From Candidatus Moranella endobia PCIT (GTDB lineage Bacteria > Pseudomonadota > Gammaproteobacteria > Enterobacterales > Enterobacteriaceae), in the NCBI RefSeq assembly GCF_000219175.1, contig NC_015735.1, positions 90,001-122,000 of the forward strand: a stretch of 32,000 nucleotides of DNA, given 5' to 3'. The position numbers and the translations under genes were made by a program. This document shows positions 1-10,150 of this stretch, in pieces (the first letter of the stretch is position 1; each line of letters starts with the position of its first letter). The notes under the pieces are model-generated. The model saw only the letters and a program-made list of their open reading frames with translations. It did not search any database and was not told the DNA's origin.

Positions 1-163
1 TAATAGTGGCAGGGTTAGAATTAACTAACACTACGCGATAGCCCTCTTCGCGTAGAGCTTTGCAAGCTTGAGTACCAGAATAATCAAATTCGCACGCCTG
101 GCCGATAATGATTGGGCCGGCGCCCAGGATCAGGATTTTGTTTAGATCGATACGTTTTGGCAT
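1..163 (-). CDS. carB: carbamoyl-phosphate synthase large subunit, N-terminal fragment (continues out of the window)
   Basis: The reverse complement from the ATG at 163-161 reads [54 protein letters not shown], nearly identical to the E. coli CarB N-terminus. It lies 64 nt downstream of carA, as in the carAB operon. Confidence 0.93.
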   Translation of the reverse strand, partial: MPKRIDLNKILILGAGPIIIGQACEFDYSGTQACKALREEGYRVVLVNSNPATI

Positions 164-227
164 CTCATACTCTTGATACGTTATGTGTCAAATTAAGGAA
201 GGAAGATGGTCTATATATGAGCTGATC

Positions 228-1373
228 TCAAATAGTAGGCTGTAAGCGATAAGAACTGATGAGATCAATAAAATGGTTAAATAATGGCGAGGCATCCTGT
301 GGTCCAGGACTAGCTTCGGGATGACCCTGAAAACTGAATGCTGGCTTATCTATGCGGTGTAAACCCTGTAGCGTGCCATCAAAAAGTGACTTATGGGTTA
401 CCCTGAGCATTACTGGTAGTGTCTTTTCCTCTACCGCAAAACCATGGTTCTGGGCGGTAATCATTACTCTGTCCGTATCCAAATCTTTTACCGGATGATT
501 ACTACCGTGGTGACCAAACTGCAGCTTAACTGTCTTAGCACCGCTTGCCAAAGCGAGTAATTGATGGCCTAGGCAAATACCAAATATTGGAATTTCGGTA
601 GTAAGAAAAGTTTTGATAGCATTAACCGCGTAATCGCATGATTCGGGATCGCCCGGACCATTGGACAAAAAAATACCATCAGGATTCATCATGAGAACAG
701 TTTTAGGTGGAGTTTGCGCTGGAACGACAGTTAAATGACACCCTCGATCAACTAGCATGCGCATTATATTGCGTTTAATACCATAGTCATAGGCAACTAC
801 ATGATAAGGTAAGTTAGTCGATGGCAAAGGCAATCCACCGTCCAGAGTCCAACTACCTTGGGTCCAGCTATACTGCTCGGTAGTACTAACTTCTTTCGCC
901 AGGTCCATACCTTTAAGACCAGGAAAGGCGCGCGCTTTGCGCAGCGCTAGTTGCGTATCCAGGTGCTTACCCGCAATAACGCAACCATGTTGTGTCCCCT
1001 TTTCTCGTAGATAACGAGTCAGCTTACGAGTATCAATATCAGCAATACTGACAATATTTTGCTGCTTTAAATAAGCAGATAAAGACATAGTATCCCGAAA
1101 ATTACTAGTAATGAGCGGCAAATCACGGATCACTAAAGCACGTGCCTGCACTCGGGATGATTCGTTGTCGGCTTCATTTGTACCAACATTGCCAATATGG
1201 GGATAAGTAAGAGTAACAATTTGGTTAGAATATGAAGGATCAGTAAGAATTTCTTGATAGCCAGTGATTGATGTATTAAAAACTACTTCCCCAACCACTA
1301 TACCATCTACACCAATGGAACGACCATGAAATTCAGTTCCATCTTCCATAACTAACAGCGCCGACTTGATCAA
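228..1373 (-). CDS. carA: carbamoyl-phosphate synthase small (glutaminase) subunit
   Basis: The ORF aligns end to end with E. coli CarA (MIKSALLV.EDGT..., GICLGHQ active-site Cys, GHPEASPGP). The start is TTG, as in E. coli carA. There are two adjacent in-frame TTGs (1376 and 1373); the one at 1373 gives MIKSALL and sits 7 nt after GGAGG (rc of 1381-1385). The ORF track uses 1376. Confidence 0.95.
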   Translation of the reverse strand: MIKSALLVMEDGTEFHGRSIGVDGIVVGEVVFNTSITGYQEILTDPSYSNQIVTLTYPHIGNVGTNEADNESSRVQARALVIRDLPLITSNFRDTMSLSAYLKQQNIVSIADIDTRKLTRYLREKGTQHGCVIAGKHLDTQLALRKARAFPGLKGMDLAKEVSTTEQYSWTQGSWTLDGGLPLPSTNLPYHVVAYDYGIKRNIMRMLVDRGCHLTVVPAQTPPKTVLMMNPDGIFLSNGPGDPESCDYAVNAIKTFLTTEIPIFGICLGHQLLALASGAKTVKLQFGHHGSNHPVKDLDTDRVMITAQNHGFAVEEKTLPVMLRVTHKSLFDGTLQGLHRIDKPAFSFQGHPEASPGPQDASPLFNHFIDLISSYRLQPTI

Positions 1374-1583
1374 CAAACATCCTCCCCTGTAACTGTTACA
1401 TTACTTTATATCATATTTCTTTCATTGTTTTCTAAAAAGATCATGTTAGAAATTGGTCATGCGACACTTAAATAAATCAGATAAACTTTTAGCAATCGTT
1501 TTATAGTGTTACGTTATAATATGCAATACCTTAGATACTAAAAATTAAAATGTATAATAAAAAAGTGTTTCAGAAAAACTGGC

Positions 1584-2411
1584 CTATAATTTATCGAGAT
1601 TTAGTACATTCACCATACTAAAGAGACCGTTTTTCTGACTAGCAAGCCAAACTGCCGCACGAACAGCCCCGATAGCAAAAGTCATTCTGCTTGATGCCTT
1701 ATGAGTTATTTCCAGGCGTTCACCAAGCCCAGCAAACATCGCAGTATGCTCACCAATTATGTCACCTGCCCGTACTGTAGCAAAGCCAATACTTTTTACT
1801 TGGCGCTCTCCGGTATGCCCATGACGGCTATAAACCCCACATTGGGTAAGATTTAGCCCTAGAACGCTAGCGATCGTCTCCCCTATTGCCAGCGCGGTGC
1901 CTGACGGAGCATCGACTTTTTGACGATGATGAGCTTCGATAATTTCAATATCAGCTTCTTCCCCCATGATCTGCGTCGCTTTTTCCAGTAATTTTAGCAT
2001 GAGATTAACGCCAACGCTAAAGTTAGCGGTAAAAACAATACCGATCTCTTTTGCTGCCGCGTTAATAATTTCCTTCTGTCTATCACTGAACCCCGTAGTG
2101 CCTATTACGATACCTTTTTGATGCAGTCGGCAAAAATCCAAGTATTTCAGACTAGTTTCAGGACTAGTAAAATCAATAAGAATATCAAAATCATTAGATA
2201 CCGACGATATATCACTAGTTATTGTTACGCCTAAATCACCAATACCAACTAGTTTACCGGCATCTAAACCATAGAATACTGAATTAGCACGGTTTAGTGC
2301 AACGCTCAGTTTCGCCTGTTCAGAATCTGTAACTGCCTGGATTAGTTTGCGTCCCATCCGGCCACTAGCGCCAACTACTGCAATGCGTATTGGTTTATTA
2401 CTACTACTCAT
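1584..2411 (-). CDS. dapB: 4-hydroxy-tetrahydrodipicolinate reductase
   Basis: The 275-aa ORF is colinear with E. coli DapB ([11 protein letters not shown](P) motif, [36 protein letters not shown]). Confidence 0.95.
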   Translation of the reverse strand: MSSSNKPIRIAVVGASGRMGRKLIQAVTDSEQAKLSVALNRANSVFYGLDAGKLVGIGDLGVTITSDISSVSNDFDILIDFTSPETSLKYLDFCRLHQKGIVIGTTGFSDRQKEIINAAAKEIGIVFTANFSVGVNLMLKLLEKATQIMGEEADIEIIEAHHRQKVDAPSGTALAIGETIASVLGLNLTQCGVYSRHGHTGERQVKSIGFATVRAGDIIGEHTAMFAGLGERLEITHKASSRMTFAIGAVRAAVWLASQKNGLFSMVNVLNLDKL

Positions 2412-2514
2412 AATCTCTCCAATTATCTGGATCTATCAACTATAGGTATAGGAAACGTAAATTAAATAATCACTTGCAAAGTTCATGCGTTATAATATTT
2501 TAACTAATTCTACT

Positions 2515-3003
2515 CTAACGAGTAGTGTGGCCAACAGGAAGAAAAACCAAACCAAGTATAGCGCCCATGCAAATGCCTATATCCGCCACATTAAATGTCG
2601 GCCAGTACCAATCGCCAACATAGAAAATAATAAAATCAATTACAAAACTATGCACCATCCTGTCAAATAAATTGCCAAGAGCTCCGCCGACAATTATAGA
2701 GTATACTATATTAGTTAGTATTGCCCGTTTGTCCAAACGATACATAATAACTAAGTGAAATACTATGATTATTACTGAGATGAAGGATAAAATCCAACGT
2801 TGCAATTCTCCTTTCTCTGCTAAACAACTAAAGGCAGCGCATGGATTGTGAGCATATGTAAAATTAATAAATGGCATAACTGGCACGGACTCGCTAAGCC
2901 AGCAATGCCTCATGACAAACTGCTTGCTACCAATATCAAACAACATAATTACTAATGCTAGCCAAAACCAACTTAGTCCAGTAGACATTATTTTTTTATG
3001 CAT
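2515..3003 (-). CDS. lspA: lipoprotein signal peptidase II
   Basis: The 162-aa membrane ORF is colinear with E. coli LspA ([22 protein letters not shown], both catalytic Asp motifs present). Its ATG overlaps the ileS stop by 1 nt (TAATG at 3005-3001), which suggests translational coupling. Confidence 0.93.
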   Translation of the reverse strand: MHKKIMSTGLSWFWLALVIMLFDIGSKQFVMRHCWLSESVPVMPFINFTYAHNPCAAFSCLAEKGELQRWILSFISVIIIVFHLVIMYRLDKRAILTNIVYSIIVGGALGNLFDRMVHSFVIDFIIFYVGDWYWPTFNVADIGICMGAILGLVFLPVGHTTR

Positions 3004-5819
3004 TAGACAAACTGGCGTGTTTCACCAGGACCAGCAATATTACTGACACAACGACTACAGATGTCCGGATAATCAGCATGCTCACCGAGATTCGTCTTAT
3101 AATGCCAACATCGCTGGCATTTTTTTCCATTGGCTTTTGCTAAAGAAATTTTAAGTCCATTAATTCCAACACATTGGACAGCATTACTACTGGCAGCAAA
3201 ATAATCAGCAACTACTGCGCTTGAGGTCAATAGTATAAAGCAAAGTTCATCACCTAATTCACATAATAAGTTAGCAAGAATAGGTTCTGCATAAAGTGTA
3301 ATTTGAGCTTCTAGTGAACCACCAATCAGTTTATTCGAACGTGCCTGTTCGATGATCTTGTTAGTTTCACTACGTACTTGCAACAAGATTTGCCAAAAAT
3401 GATTGTTCAAAGGCTGGGCGTTATCCAACCCAAACAGTCCATCATACCACTCTTCAGTAAAAACATATGGTGCTCGTTTGCCAGGCATGAAGCCCCATAT
3501 TTCATGAGCAGTAAATGGCATTATAGGTGCTATCCAGCGCACTAAACTTTCAATGCTATGATAAAGTGCGGTCTGACCGCTGCGGTGTGCAATGCTTTCA
3601 GTTTTAGTAGTATACTGACGATCTTTGACAATATCTAGGTAAAAAGAACCCATTTCAACCGAGCAAAATTGCATCATACGTTGTACAACATGCTGCAAAT
3701 TATAGCTGTCGTAGGCGGATATAATCTCTACCTGTGCTGCCTGCGCTCGTCCAACAGCCCAGCGATCTAGTACCAACATATGCTCTGAACTGATACTATG
3801 GCAAGCTGGATCAAAACCATTAAGGTTAGCCAATAAAAAACGCGCGGTATTGCGTATGCGTCGATAAGTATCAGTGGATCGCTTTAGAATCTCATGTGAA
3901 ATCGCCATTTCACTAGTATAATCGGTGGAAGCAACCCAAAGACGCAGGATATCAGCTCCTAATTGATCTATTATATATTGCGGACTTACAACATTACCAG
4001 CCGATTTGGACATTTTGCGGCCCTGTCCGTCGACGGTAAAACCATGGGTCAGCACCTGACGATATGGCGCCTGGCCATAAATAGCAGTGGAAATCATCAG
4101 CGACGACATAAACCACCCGCGATACTGGTCAGCTCCTTCTAGATATAAATCTGGTGTATGGCCAGCAAATTCCTGCCGCACTACCACCACGGTAGCATGA
4201 GTAGCACCGGAATCAAACCAAACATCAAGAGTATCAGGGACCTTGTGATAATAGACAGCGTCATCACCCAGAATATCGAAGGGATCTAAATCCCACCATG
4301 CTTGAATACCATCTTTTTCAACTAATTGCGCCACGGTTTCTATGAGTTCGATGGTGCGAGGATGCAGTGTTTCGGTGTCATTATGAATAAACAACACCAT
4401 GGGTACACCCCAGATGCGTTGCCGCGAAATACACCAATCAGGACGTTTAGCCACCATATTTAAGATGTGCGCCTGCCCCCATTCAGGGATCCATTGTACT
4501 TTATTGATTTCTGCTATAGTCTGCTCACGCAGACTACAATTATCCATACTGACAAACCACTGTGGTGTAGAACGAAATATTACAGGCGTCTTATGCCGCC
4601 AACAGTGCGGGTAGCTGTGCTTGATTTGATCCACATACAATAGTGCACCGCTGTCACGCAATAGATCTATGATGATTGTATTAGCTTTGAATACCTGTAG
4701 ACCGTCAAGTACTGGCATAGTGCCAGGAATATAGCAACCGTCAGGTCCAATAGAATTAGTTACTTCTAGACCGTATTGTTGGCATATGACATAATCTTCA
4801 ATACCATGGTCAGGAGCAGTATGTACAGCACCAGTACCAGTATCTAATGTAACATGCTTACCCAGAATAACTGGCACATCAAATTCCATAAAAGGATGGC
4901 GAAATCGAAGTAACTCCAGCGCACTGCCTTTGATGCTACCGAGTACCGTCCAATGATTGATGCCAGCGCGTGCCATCACGTTCTCTAATAGAGAAGCGGC
5001 TAAAACATAGTTTTGCCCGTAAAATGTTACCAACTGATATTCTAAGTCTGGGTGAACAGTTATTGCACGGCTTACTGGTAAGGTCCAGGGAGTTGTAGTC
5101 CAAATCAACAGTGAAATTTGACCGCTTAAAACAGACAAGCCAAACTTACCAGCGACCGTGCTAGTTTCTATTGCTGTAAAAGCAACGTCAATGGAAGGAG
5201 AACTGTGGTCATAATACTCAACCTCAGCTTCCGCTAGCGTAGATCGGCAATCGATACACCAATGAACGGGTTTTTCTCCTTTATATAGATGACCATTGGC
5301 AATGATCTGGCTAAACGCGCGAATAGTATGTGCTACTGTGGTACAGCTCATTGTTAAGTAAGGATGCTCCCAATCACCAAGCACGCCCAAACGGATGTAA
5401 TCTTTTTTTTGTTTTTCTACTTGTTCCGCTGCATAAAAACTGCAAGCAGCGCGAAACTCAGCGACGCTTACTTGATCGCCTGGCTTACCGATTAGTTGCT
5501 CAACCTTCAGTTCAATTGGTAAACCATGGCAGTCCCAGCCCGGGACATAAGGCGAGTCATAACCCATTAATCCTTTAGATTTAATAATAATATCTTTAAG
5601 AATTTTATTCACCGAGTGACCAATATGAATATTGCCATTCGCATACGGAGGACCATCATGCAAAATAAATTTTTTTTTACCTTTTTTAGCGCGGCGGATG
5701 ATTCCGTAAAGATCTTGATCATACCAGTGCTGTAACATACCAGGCTCACGCTGAGCTAAATCACCGCGCATGGAAAACTCTGTATACGGTAAATTCAGAG
5801 TATTTTTATAATCAGCCAT
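3003..5819 (-). CDS. ileS: isoleucine--tRNA ligase
   Basis: The 938-aa ORF is colinear with E. coli IleS. It has the HIGH motif ([11 protein letters not shown]), KMSKS (GRKMSKS) and the C-terminal zinc-binding CQRCWHY...CSRC. Confidence 0.97.
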   Translation of the reverse strand: MADYKNTLNLPYTEFSMRGDLAQREPGMLQHWYDQDLYGIIRRAKKGKKKFILHDGPPYANGNIHIGHSVNKILKDIIIKSKGLMGYDSPYVPGWDCHGLPIELKVEQLIGKPGDQVSVAEFRAACSFYAAEQVEKQKKDYIRLGVLGDWEHPYLTMSCTTVAHTIRAFSQIIANGHLYKGEKPVHWCIDCRSTLAEAEVEYYDHSSPSIDVAFTAIETSTVAGKFGLSVLSGQISLLIWTTTPWTLPVSRAITVHPDLEYQLVTFYGQNYVLAASLLENVMARAGINHWTVLGSIKGSALELLRFRHPFMEFDVPVILGKHVTLDTGTGAVHTAPDHGIEDYVICQQYGLEVTNSIGPDGCYIPGTMPVLDGLQVFKANTIIIDLLRDSGALLYVDQIKHSYPHCWRHKTPVIFRSTPQWFVSMDNCSLREQTIAEINKVQWIPEWGQAHILNMVAKRPDWCISRQRIWGVPMVLFIHNDTETLHPRTIELIETVAQLVEKDGIQAWWDLDPFDILGDDAVYYHKVPDTLDVWFDSGATHATVVVVRQEFAGHTPDLYLEGADQYRGWFMSSLMISTAIYGQAPYRQVLTHGFTVDGQGRKMSKSAGNVVSPQYIIDQLGADILRLWVASTDYTSEMAISHEILKRSTDTYRRIRNTARFLLANLNGFDPACHSISSEHMLVLDRWAVGRAQAAQVEIISAYDSYNLQHVVQRMMQFCSVEMGSFYLDIVKDRQYTTKTESIAHRSGQTALYHSIESLVRWIAPIMPFTAHEIWGFMPGKRAPYVFTEEWYDGLFGLDNAQPLNNHFWQILLQVRSETNKIIEQARSNKLIGGSLEAQITLYAEPILANLLCELGDELCFILLTSSAVVADYFAASSNAVQCVGINGLKISLAKANGKKCQRCWHYKTNLGEHADYPDICSRCVSNIAGPGETRQFV

Positions 5820-5852
5820 TTGACCATCGGTTCCATGTTTGTTTTAAGTATT

Positions 5853-5878
5853 ATGACTATTTGCTAGCAAATAGTCAT
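5853..5878. repeat. perfect 26-nt palindrome ATGACTATTTGCTAGCAAATAGTCAT, 34-59 nt upstream of the ileS start codon
   Basis: Read directly: 13-nt arms, no mismatch, central CTAG. It could be a hairpin in the ileS leader or a dyad operator. Confidence 0.9.
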
Positions 5879-5979
5879 GTTTACTCTTATAATTTTATTA
5901 ATTTAACATTTTAACAAATGAAGCGAACCATTTTTTCGTTTGTTCGTTGCTTAATGGTTTGCTAAGGAATATTTCAAGA

Positions 5980-6022
5980 TAGTAATAACAGCAGACTAAC
6001 AGTTAGTCTGCTGTTATTACTA
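5980..6022. repeat. perfect 43-nt palindrome (21-nt arms around a single central A) in the ileS-rpsT divergent spacer
   Basis: Read directly: TAGTAATAACAGCAGACTAAC-A-GTTAGTCTGCTGTTATTACTA. Arms are 5980-6000 and 6002-6022, with no mismatch. Confidence 0.9.
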
Positions 6023-6318
6023 CTTTAGATACACTAAAAGGTAACTAGGCTACCATTACCAAATTTGGGTAACAGTATATCTAGTAGATATATTTATGTT
6101 ACTAAATCGTAAACGTTTAGCCGAAAACAAATATTTCTGTTGACGACTTTGAACTGGTATTGCAACTATGATTAACCCAAAAAAAAATCCAAACTTGACA
6201 TAATATTATGTAAATAGCATCGCGCTTATTTATCATGAATAACTTTATTTAACGTGAGATAACTGATATTATTTTATAATGAAAATTTGCATAACTAAAT
6301 AATTTTAGGAGTTAGGCC

Positions 6319-6600
6319 TTGGCAAATATCAAATCATCTAAAAAACGTGCAGTACAGTCTGAAAATCGTCGTCAACATAATACTAGTCGTCGCTCTATGA
6401 TGCGTACCTTTGTAAAACGGGTATACGTTGCTATCGCCGCTGGTAACAAAACAGCAGCTAATAATTCTTTTTGTACAATGCAAAAAATTATTGATCATCA
6501 AGCGAGCAAAGGGTTGATCCATAAAAATAAAGCAGCACGTCAAAAATCTAAATTAGCCATTAAACTCAAAGTAATGAGTTCGATACCACAAACAAAGTAA
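6319..6600 (+). CDS. rpsT: 30S ribosomal protein S20
   Basis: [28 protein letters not shown] matches E. coli S20. The start is TTG (as in E. coli rpsT), 7 nt after AGGAG. Confidence 0.95.
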   Translation: MANIKSSKKRAVQSENRRQHNTSRRSMMRTFVKRVYVAIAAGNKTAANNSFCTMQKIIDHQASKGLIHKNKAARQKSKLAIKLKVMSSIPQTK

Positions 6601-6638
6601 AATATAAGCGTTGACAACGATGCCTATAGCTCGGCGCA

Positions 6639-7748
6639 TCAACTAGTTAAATCATCAAAAAACTTTTTTACTCCGTCGAAAAAGCTTTTAGAACGTGGGC
6701 TGTTTTGATTACCGTTTGGTCCTCCAAAACTTGCCTCTAACTCCCGCAATAGCTTTCTCTGAAGCTCATTGAGCTTAACAGGTGTTTCAACTACCACCCG
6801 ACACAGTAAATCACCTTGCGAACCGCCACGCACAGATTGCACGCCTTTACCCCGCATGCGAAACAATTTACCGGTCTGAGTTTCCGCAGGCACTTTTAGT
6901 TTAACTCGGCCATCTAACGTCGGAACTTCAATTTCGCCGCCTAATGCAGCCATTGCAAAGTTAATTGGCACTTCACAAGAAAGGTTATTTTCGTCACGTT
7001 CAAATATTGGATGTTTACGTACCTTAACCTGTACATAAAGATCACCAGCGGTAGCTCCATGCTCGCCTGCTTCACCCTCGCCAGTTAAGCGGATACGATC
7101 TCCGGTACCCACACCAGCTGGAATTTTCACTGATAACGTTTTGCTTTTTTCTAATCGACCATGACCGTGACATTTAATGCAAGGCTCCTTGATGACCTTA
7201 CCCTGTCCCTGACAGGTTGGACACGTCTGTTGCACAGCAAAAAAACCCTGGCGCATCTGCACTTGCCCTTGGCCGTGACAGGTTGGACAGTTTACTGCCG
7301 AGATTCCTGTCCTAGCTCCACTACCATGGCAAACATCACACTCATCAAGCGTTGGAATACGTATTTCACGTGTTACCCCGCGAACAGCCTCTTCCAATGA
7401 AAGCTCAACATTATAGCGTACATCAGCCCCTCTGCCAGAGCGTTGACGCCGACCACCGCCAAAAATATCACCAAACACATCGCCAAAAATATCACCAAAA
7501 CCGCTTGCACCCATACTGTCATGTTCAAAGGCAGCATGACTATATTGGTCATAAGCAGCACGCTTTTTCTGGTCAGTTAGTACTTCATAAGCTTCTTTTA
7601 TTTCTTTGAATCTAGCTTCGGCTTTGGCATTTCCTGGATTGCGATCCGGGTGGAATTTCATTGCCAGGCGTTTATAGGCCTTTTTTATTTCACGCTCTTC
7701 TGCATCACGGGAAACACCTAAAATCTCATAGTAGTCTGATTTCGCCAT
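6639..7748 (-). CDS. dnaJ: molecular chaperone DnaJ (Hsp40)
   Basis: It has the J domain ([12 protein letters not shown]...HPDRN), a G/F region and four CxxCxGxG zinc-finger repeats, and is colinear with E. coli DnaJ. I chose the ATG at 7748 (MAKSDYY) because it matches the E. coli N-terminus. The ORF track extends to 7772. Confidence 0.95.
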   Translation of the reverse strand: MAKSDYYEILGVSRDAEEREIKKAYKRLAMKFHPDRNPGNAKAEARFKEIKEAYEVLTDQKKRAAYDQYSHAAFEHDSMGASGFGDIFGDVFGDIFGGGRRQRSGRGADVRYNVELSLEEAVRGVTREIRIPTLDECDVCHGSGARTGISAVNCPTCHGQGQVQMRQGFFAVQQTCPTCQGQGKVIKEPCIKCHGHGRLEKSKTLSVKIPAGVGTGDRIRLTGEGEAGEHGATAGDLYVQVKVRKHPIFERDENNLSCEVPINFAMAALGGEIEVPTLDGRVKLKVPAETQTGKLFRMRGKGVQSVRGGSQGDLLCRVVVETPVKLNELQRKLLRELEASFGGPNGNQNSPRSKSFFDGVKKFFDDLTS

Positions 7749-7779
7749 TGTATTTTCTTTTCCTGCCATCAACGTGCTC

Positions 7780-7846
7780 GCACGGGCGCGGAGTTACCTC
7801 TACGCCCGTGCCTGTAAACAACAGCGGCAGCATTCGCCGCCGCTGT
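7780..7846 (-). promoter_or_regulatory. two GC-rich stem-loops in the dnaK-dnaJ spacer
   Basis: Hairpin 1: GCACGGGCG (7780-7788) pairs with CGCCCGTGC (7803-7811), a 9-bp perfect stem with a 14-nt loop. Hairpin 2: 7821-7831 pairs with 7836-7846, 10 of 11 bp with a 4-nt loop. Neither is followed by a U-run on the transcribed strand. Confidence 0.6.
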
Positions 7847-7868
7847 ACCAATCATTAAGTAAGCACGA

Positions 7869-9767
7869 TTATTTTTTGTCTTTAACTTCTTCAAACTCGG
7901 CATCAACTACATCGCTGTCTACCTTGTTACTACTACCTTCTACAGTGTTATCCTTGTGCTGAACTGCCTCTAATAATTGACTGGAAACCTGAATTAAATT
8001 CTGCATTTTTTCGTCAATCTTGGCTTTATCCTCTTCTTTCAGAACAGCTTCTAGGTCTTTCAAAGCAACTTCAATAGGAGTCTTAACTTCAGTCGACAGT
8101 TTTTCACCAACATCTTCTAGCTGCTTCCGTGTACTATGCAGCATATAATCCGCTTGGTTACGTGTCTGTACTAGCTCTTCAAACTTACGGTCAGATTCTG
8201 CGTTTACTTCAGCTTCCTGTACCATTTTCTTGATTTCTGCTTCATTTAGACCCGAAGAAGCCTTAATGGTGATTTTTTGTTCGTGACCACTATTTTTGTC
8301 CTTTGCTGAAACATGCAGTATACCATCTGCGTCTATATCAAATGTTACTTCAATCTGTGGTGTGCCACGAATGGCTGGTGCAATACCGTCCAAATTGAAC
8401 TGGCCTAATGATTTGTTATCACCAGCACGCTTACGCTCACCCTGCAAAACATGAATGGTTACTGCAGACTGATTGTCTTCTGCTGTGGAGAAGATTTGAC
8501 TATGCTTGGTAGGAATAGTAGTATTTTTGACAATCAGTGGCGTCATAACTCCACCCATGGTTTCAATACCCAAAGAAAGTGGTGTAACGTCCAAAAGCAG
8601 CACGTCTTTGACGTCACCTGTTAGCACTCCGCCCTGCACAGCTGCGCCAATAGCAACAGCCTCGTCTGGGTTAACGTCTTTACGCGGCTCTTTCTCAAAG
8701 AAGTCAGTAACTTTCTTCTGCACCAGTGGCATGCGGGTCTGCCCACCTACCAATATAACATCTTTAATATCAATTACCGAAAGGCCAGCATCATTTAGAG
8801 CTACTTTCAGTGGATCAAGCGTACGATTGACCAGTTCTTCCACCAAAGACTCAAGTTTGGCACGAGTTACTTTCAAGTGCATATGTTTTGGACCCGAACT
8901 GTCAGCAGTTATGTACGGTAGATTAACTTCAGTTTGCTGCGCTGATGACAGCTCGATCTTGGCTTTTTCAGCAGCCTCTTTCAAACGCTGCATCGCCAAT
9001 GGATCGTTACGTAGATCGATACCTTGATCTTTTTTGAATTCATCCACCAGATAATTAATCAATCTACTGTCAAAGTCCTCACCACCCAAATGAGTGTCAC
9101 CGTTAGTTGCTAGTACTTCAAAAGTTTTTTCTCCTTCAACATCATCAATTTCGATAATAGATATATCAAAAGTTCCGCCACCCAAATCATAGACCGCGAT
9201 AGTACGGTTACCTGTTTCTTTATCTAGACCATAGGCCAGCGCAGCTGCAGTCGGTTCGTTGATGATACGTTTAACATCCAAACCAGCAATGCGTCCAGCG
9301 TCTTTTGTAGCCTGGCGCTGTGTATCATTAAAATAAGCTGGTACGGTAATAACCGCTTCGTTGATTTGTTCACCTAGATAGTCTTCTGCCGTTTTTTTCA
9401 TTTTTTTCAGAATTTCAGCAGAAATCTGCGGCGGTGCTATTTTCTGACCTTTAACTTCCAGCCAAGCATCACCATTATCCGCTGCAATAATTTTGTATGG
9501 CATAATGTTGACATCACGCTGTACTTCTGCATCATGGAAACGACGGCCAATTAGACGCTTGATGGCAAATAATGTATTCTGCGGGTTAGTAACGGACTGA
9601 CGTTTAGCCGGTTGGCCAACCAGGATTTCACCCTCACGTGTATAAGCAATAATGGAAGGTGTGGTGCGATCACCTTCGCTATTTTCAAGTACGCGAGGTT
9701 TTCTACCTTCAATAATTGCTATGCAGGAGTTGGTAGTACCCAAATCGATACCAATGATTTTTCCCAT
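7869..9767 (-). CDS. dnaK: molecular chaperone DnaK (Hsp70)
   Basis: The 632-aa ORF is almost identical in long stretches to E. coli DnaK ([28 protein letters not shown]). The leader ...AGTGGAGATGTTTAGATG resembles the E. coli dnaK ribosome-binding region. Confidence 0.98.
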   Translation of the reverse strand: MGKIIGIDLGTTNSCIAIIEGRKPRVLENSEGDRTTPSIIAYTREGEILVGQPAKRQSVTNPQNTLFAIKRLIGRRFHDAEVQRDVNIMPYKIIAADNGDAWLEVKGQKIAPPQISAEILKKMKKTAEDYLGEQINEAVITVPAYFNDTQRQATKDAGRIAGLDVKRIINEPTAAALAYGLDKETGNRTIAVYDLGGGTFDISIIEIDDVEGEKTFEVLATNGDTHLGGEDFDSRLINYLVDEFKKDQGIDLRNDPLAMQRLKEAAEKAKIELSSAQQTEVNLPYITADSSGPKHMHLKVTRAKLESLVEELVNRTLDPLKVALNDAGLSVIDIKDVILVGGQTRMPLVQKKVTDFFEKEPRKDVNPDEAVAIGAAVQGGVLTGDVKDVLLLDVTPLSLGIETMGGVMTPLIVKNTTIPTKHSQIFSTAEDNQSAVTIHVLQGERKRAGDNKSLGQFNLDGIAPAIRGTPQIEVTFDIDADGILHVSAKDKNSGHEQKITIKASSGLNEAEIKKMVQEAEVNAESDRKFEELVQTRNQADYMLHSTRKQLEDVGEKLSTEVKTPIEVALKDLEAVLKEEDKAKIDEKMQNLIQVSSQLLEAVQHKDNTVEGSSNKVDSDVVDAEFEEVKDKK

Positions 9768-9880
9768 CTAAACATCTCCACTTAAGGTGTAATTTAGTTG
9801 CGAACGTGAGCCCAAGCGTCCGAAAAATGTTGAAGTTCTTGCCGCCTGATTATTCAAAATTTAACAACGGCGGGTGCAAA

Positions 9881-9913
9881 TAGGATGGGGTCACACTGCT
9901 CTGCATCAAGGGG
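9881..9913 (-). promoter_or_regulatory. sigma-32 (RpoH) heat-shock promoter of dnaK, P1-like
   Basis: The minus strand reads CCCCTTGAT-gcagagcagtgtga-CCCCATCCTA. The sigma-32 consensus is CCCTTGAA, 13-15 nt, CCCCATNT, and E. coli dnaK P1 reads CCCTTGATGACGTGGTTTACGACCCCATTTA. The implied leader is about 105 nt, similar to E. coli. Confidence 0.75.
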
Positions 9914-10150
9914 CTAGAGTAAAAAAAAAATCATATCATATGGATGATGTTTATACTACTAGAGGTTTTCCAACCTAATTCCATGATTAGATAGTTAGTG
10001 TAATAGCATAACTATAAGTATGTCACCTAAAAAAAGCATAATTATGCTATTTACTGAGCGCATACTTTAATTATAGTGGGCGCCTTAATATAGACTGATA
10101 ATATTTGAGTAAGGCACGGGGGGTAAACAAAAAAAAACAGAGGCCAATTG

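Noticed and set aside
1388-1400. 13-nt palindrome TGTAAC-T-GTTACA just upstream of the carA Shine-Dalgarno sequence. I also looked for ArgR ARG boxes and pyrimidine-control sites in the carA upstream region (1377-1583).
   Set aside because: Six-nt arms are common by chance. The best ARG-box-like stretch (AATGAAAGAAATATGATA on the minus strand) matches the consensus TNTGAATWWWWATTCANW poorly. I cannot support a regulatory call.
6109-6121. 13-mer GTAAACGTTTAGC, containing the 10-bp palindrome TAAACGTTTA (PurR/Cra-like core AAACGTTT). It occurs upstream of rpsT and again at 25079-25091 upstream of gpmA.
   Set aside because: Several identical 13-mer pairs are expected by chance in 32 kb of AT-rich DNA (about 5e8 pairs times 4^-13, which is several). 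The flanks do not match the PurR or Cra consensus, so the evidence is insufficient for a shared operator.
8506-9027. 173-aa plus-strand ORF antisense to dnaK. Similar long antisense ORFs occur at 22023-22496 (rnr), 24281-24646 (rlmB), 12392-12754 (sucC), 15179-15499 (mutL) and 4399-4614/5330-5578 (ileS).
   Set aside because: All lie entirely inside strongly conserved genes on the opposite strand. Their sequences are low-complexity Ser/Thr/Pro/Arg-rich and show no recognisable motifs or ribosome-binding sites. They are typical shadow ORFs produced by the codon bias of the real gene.
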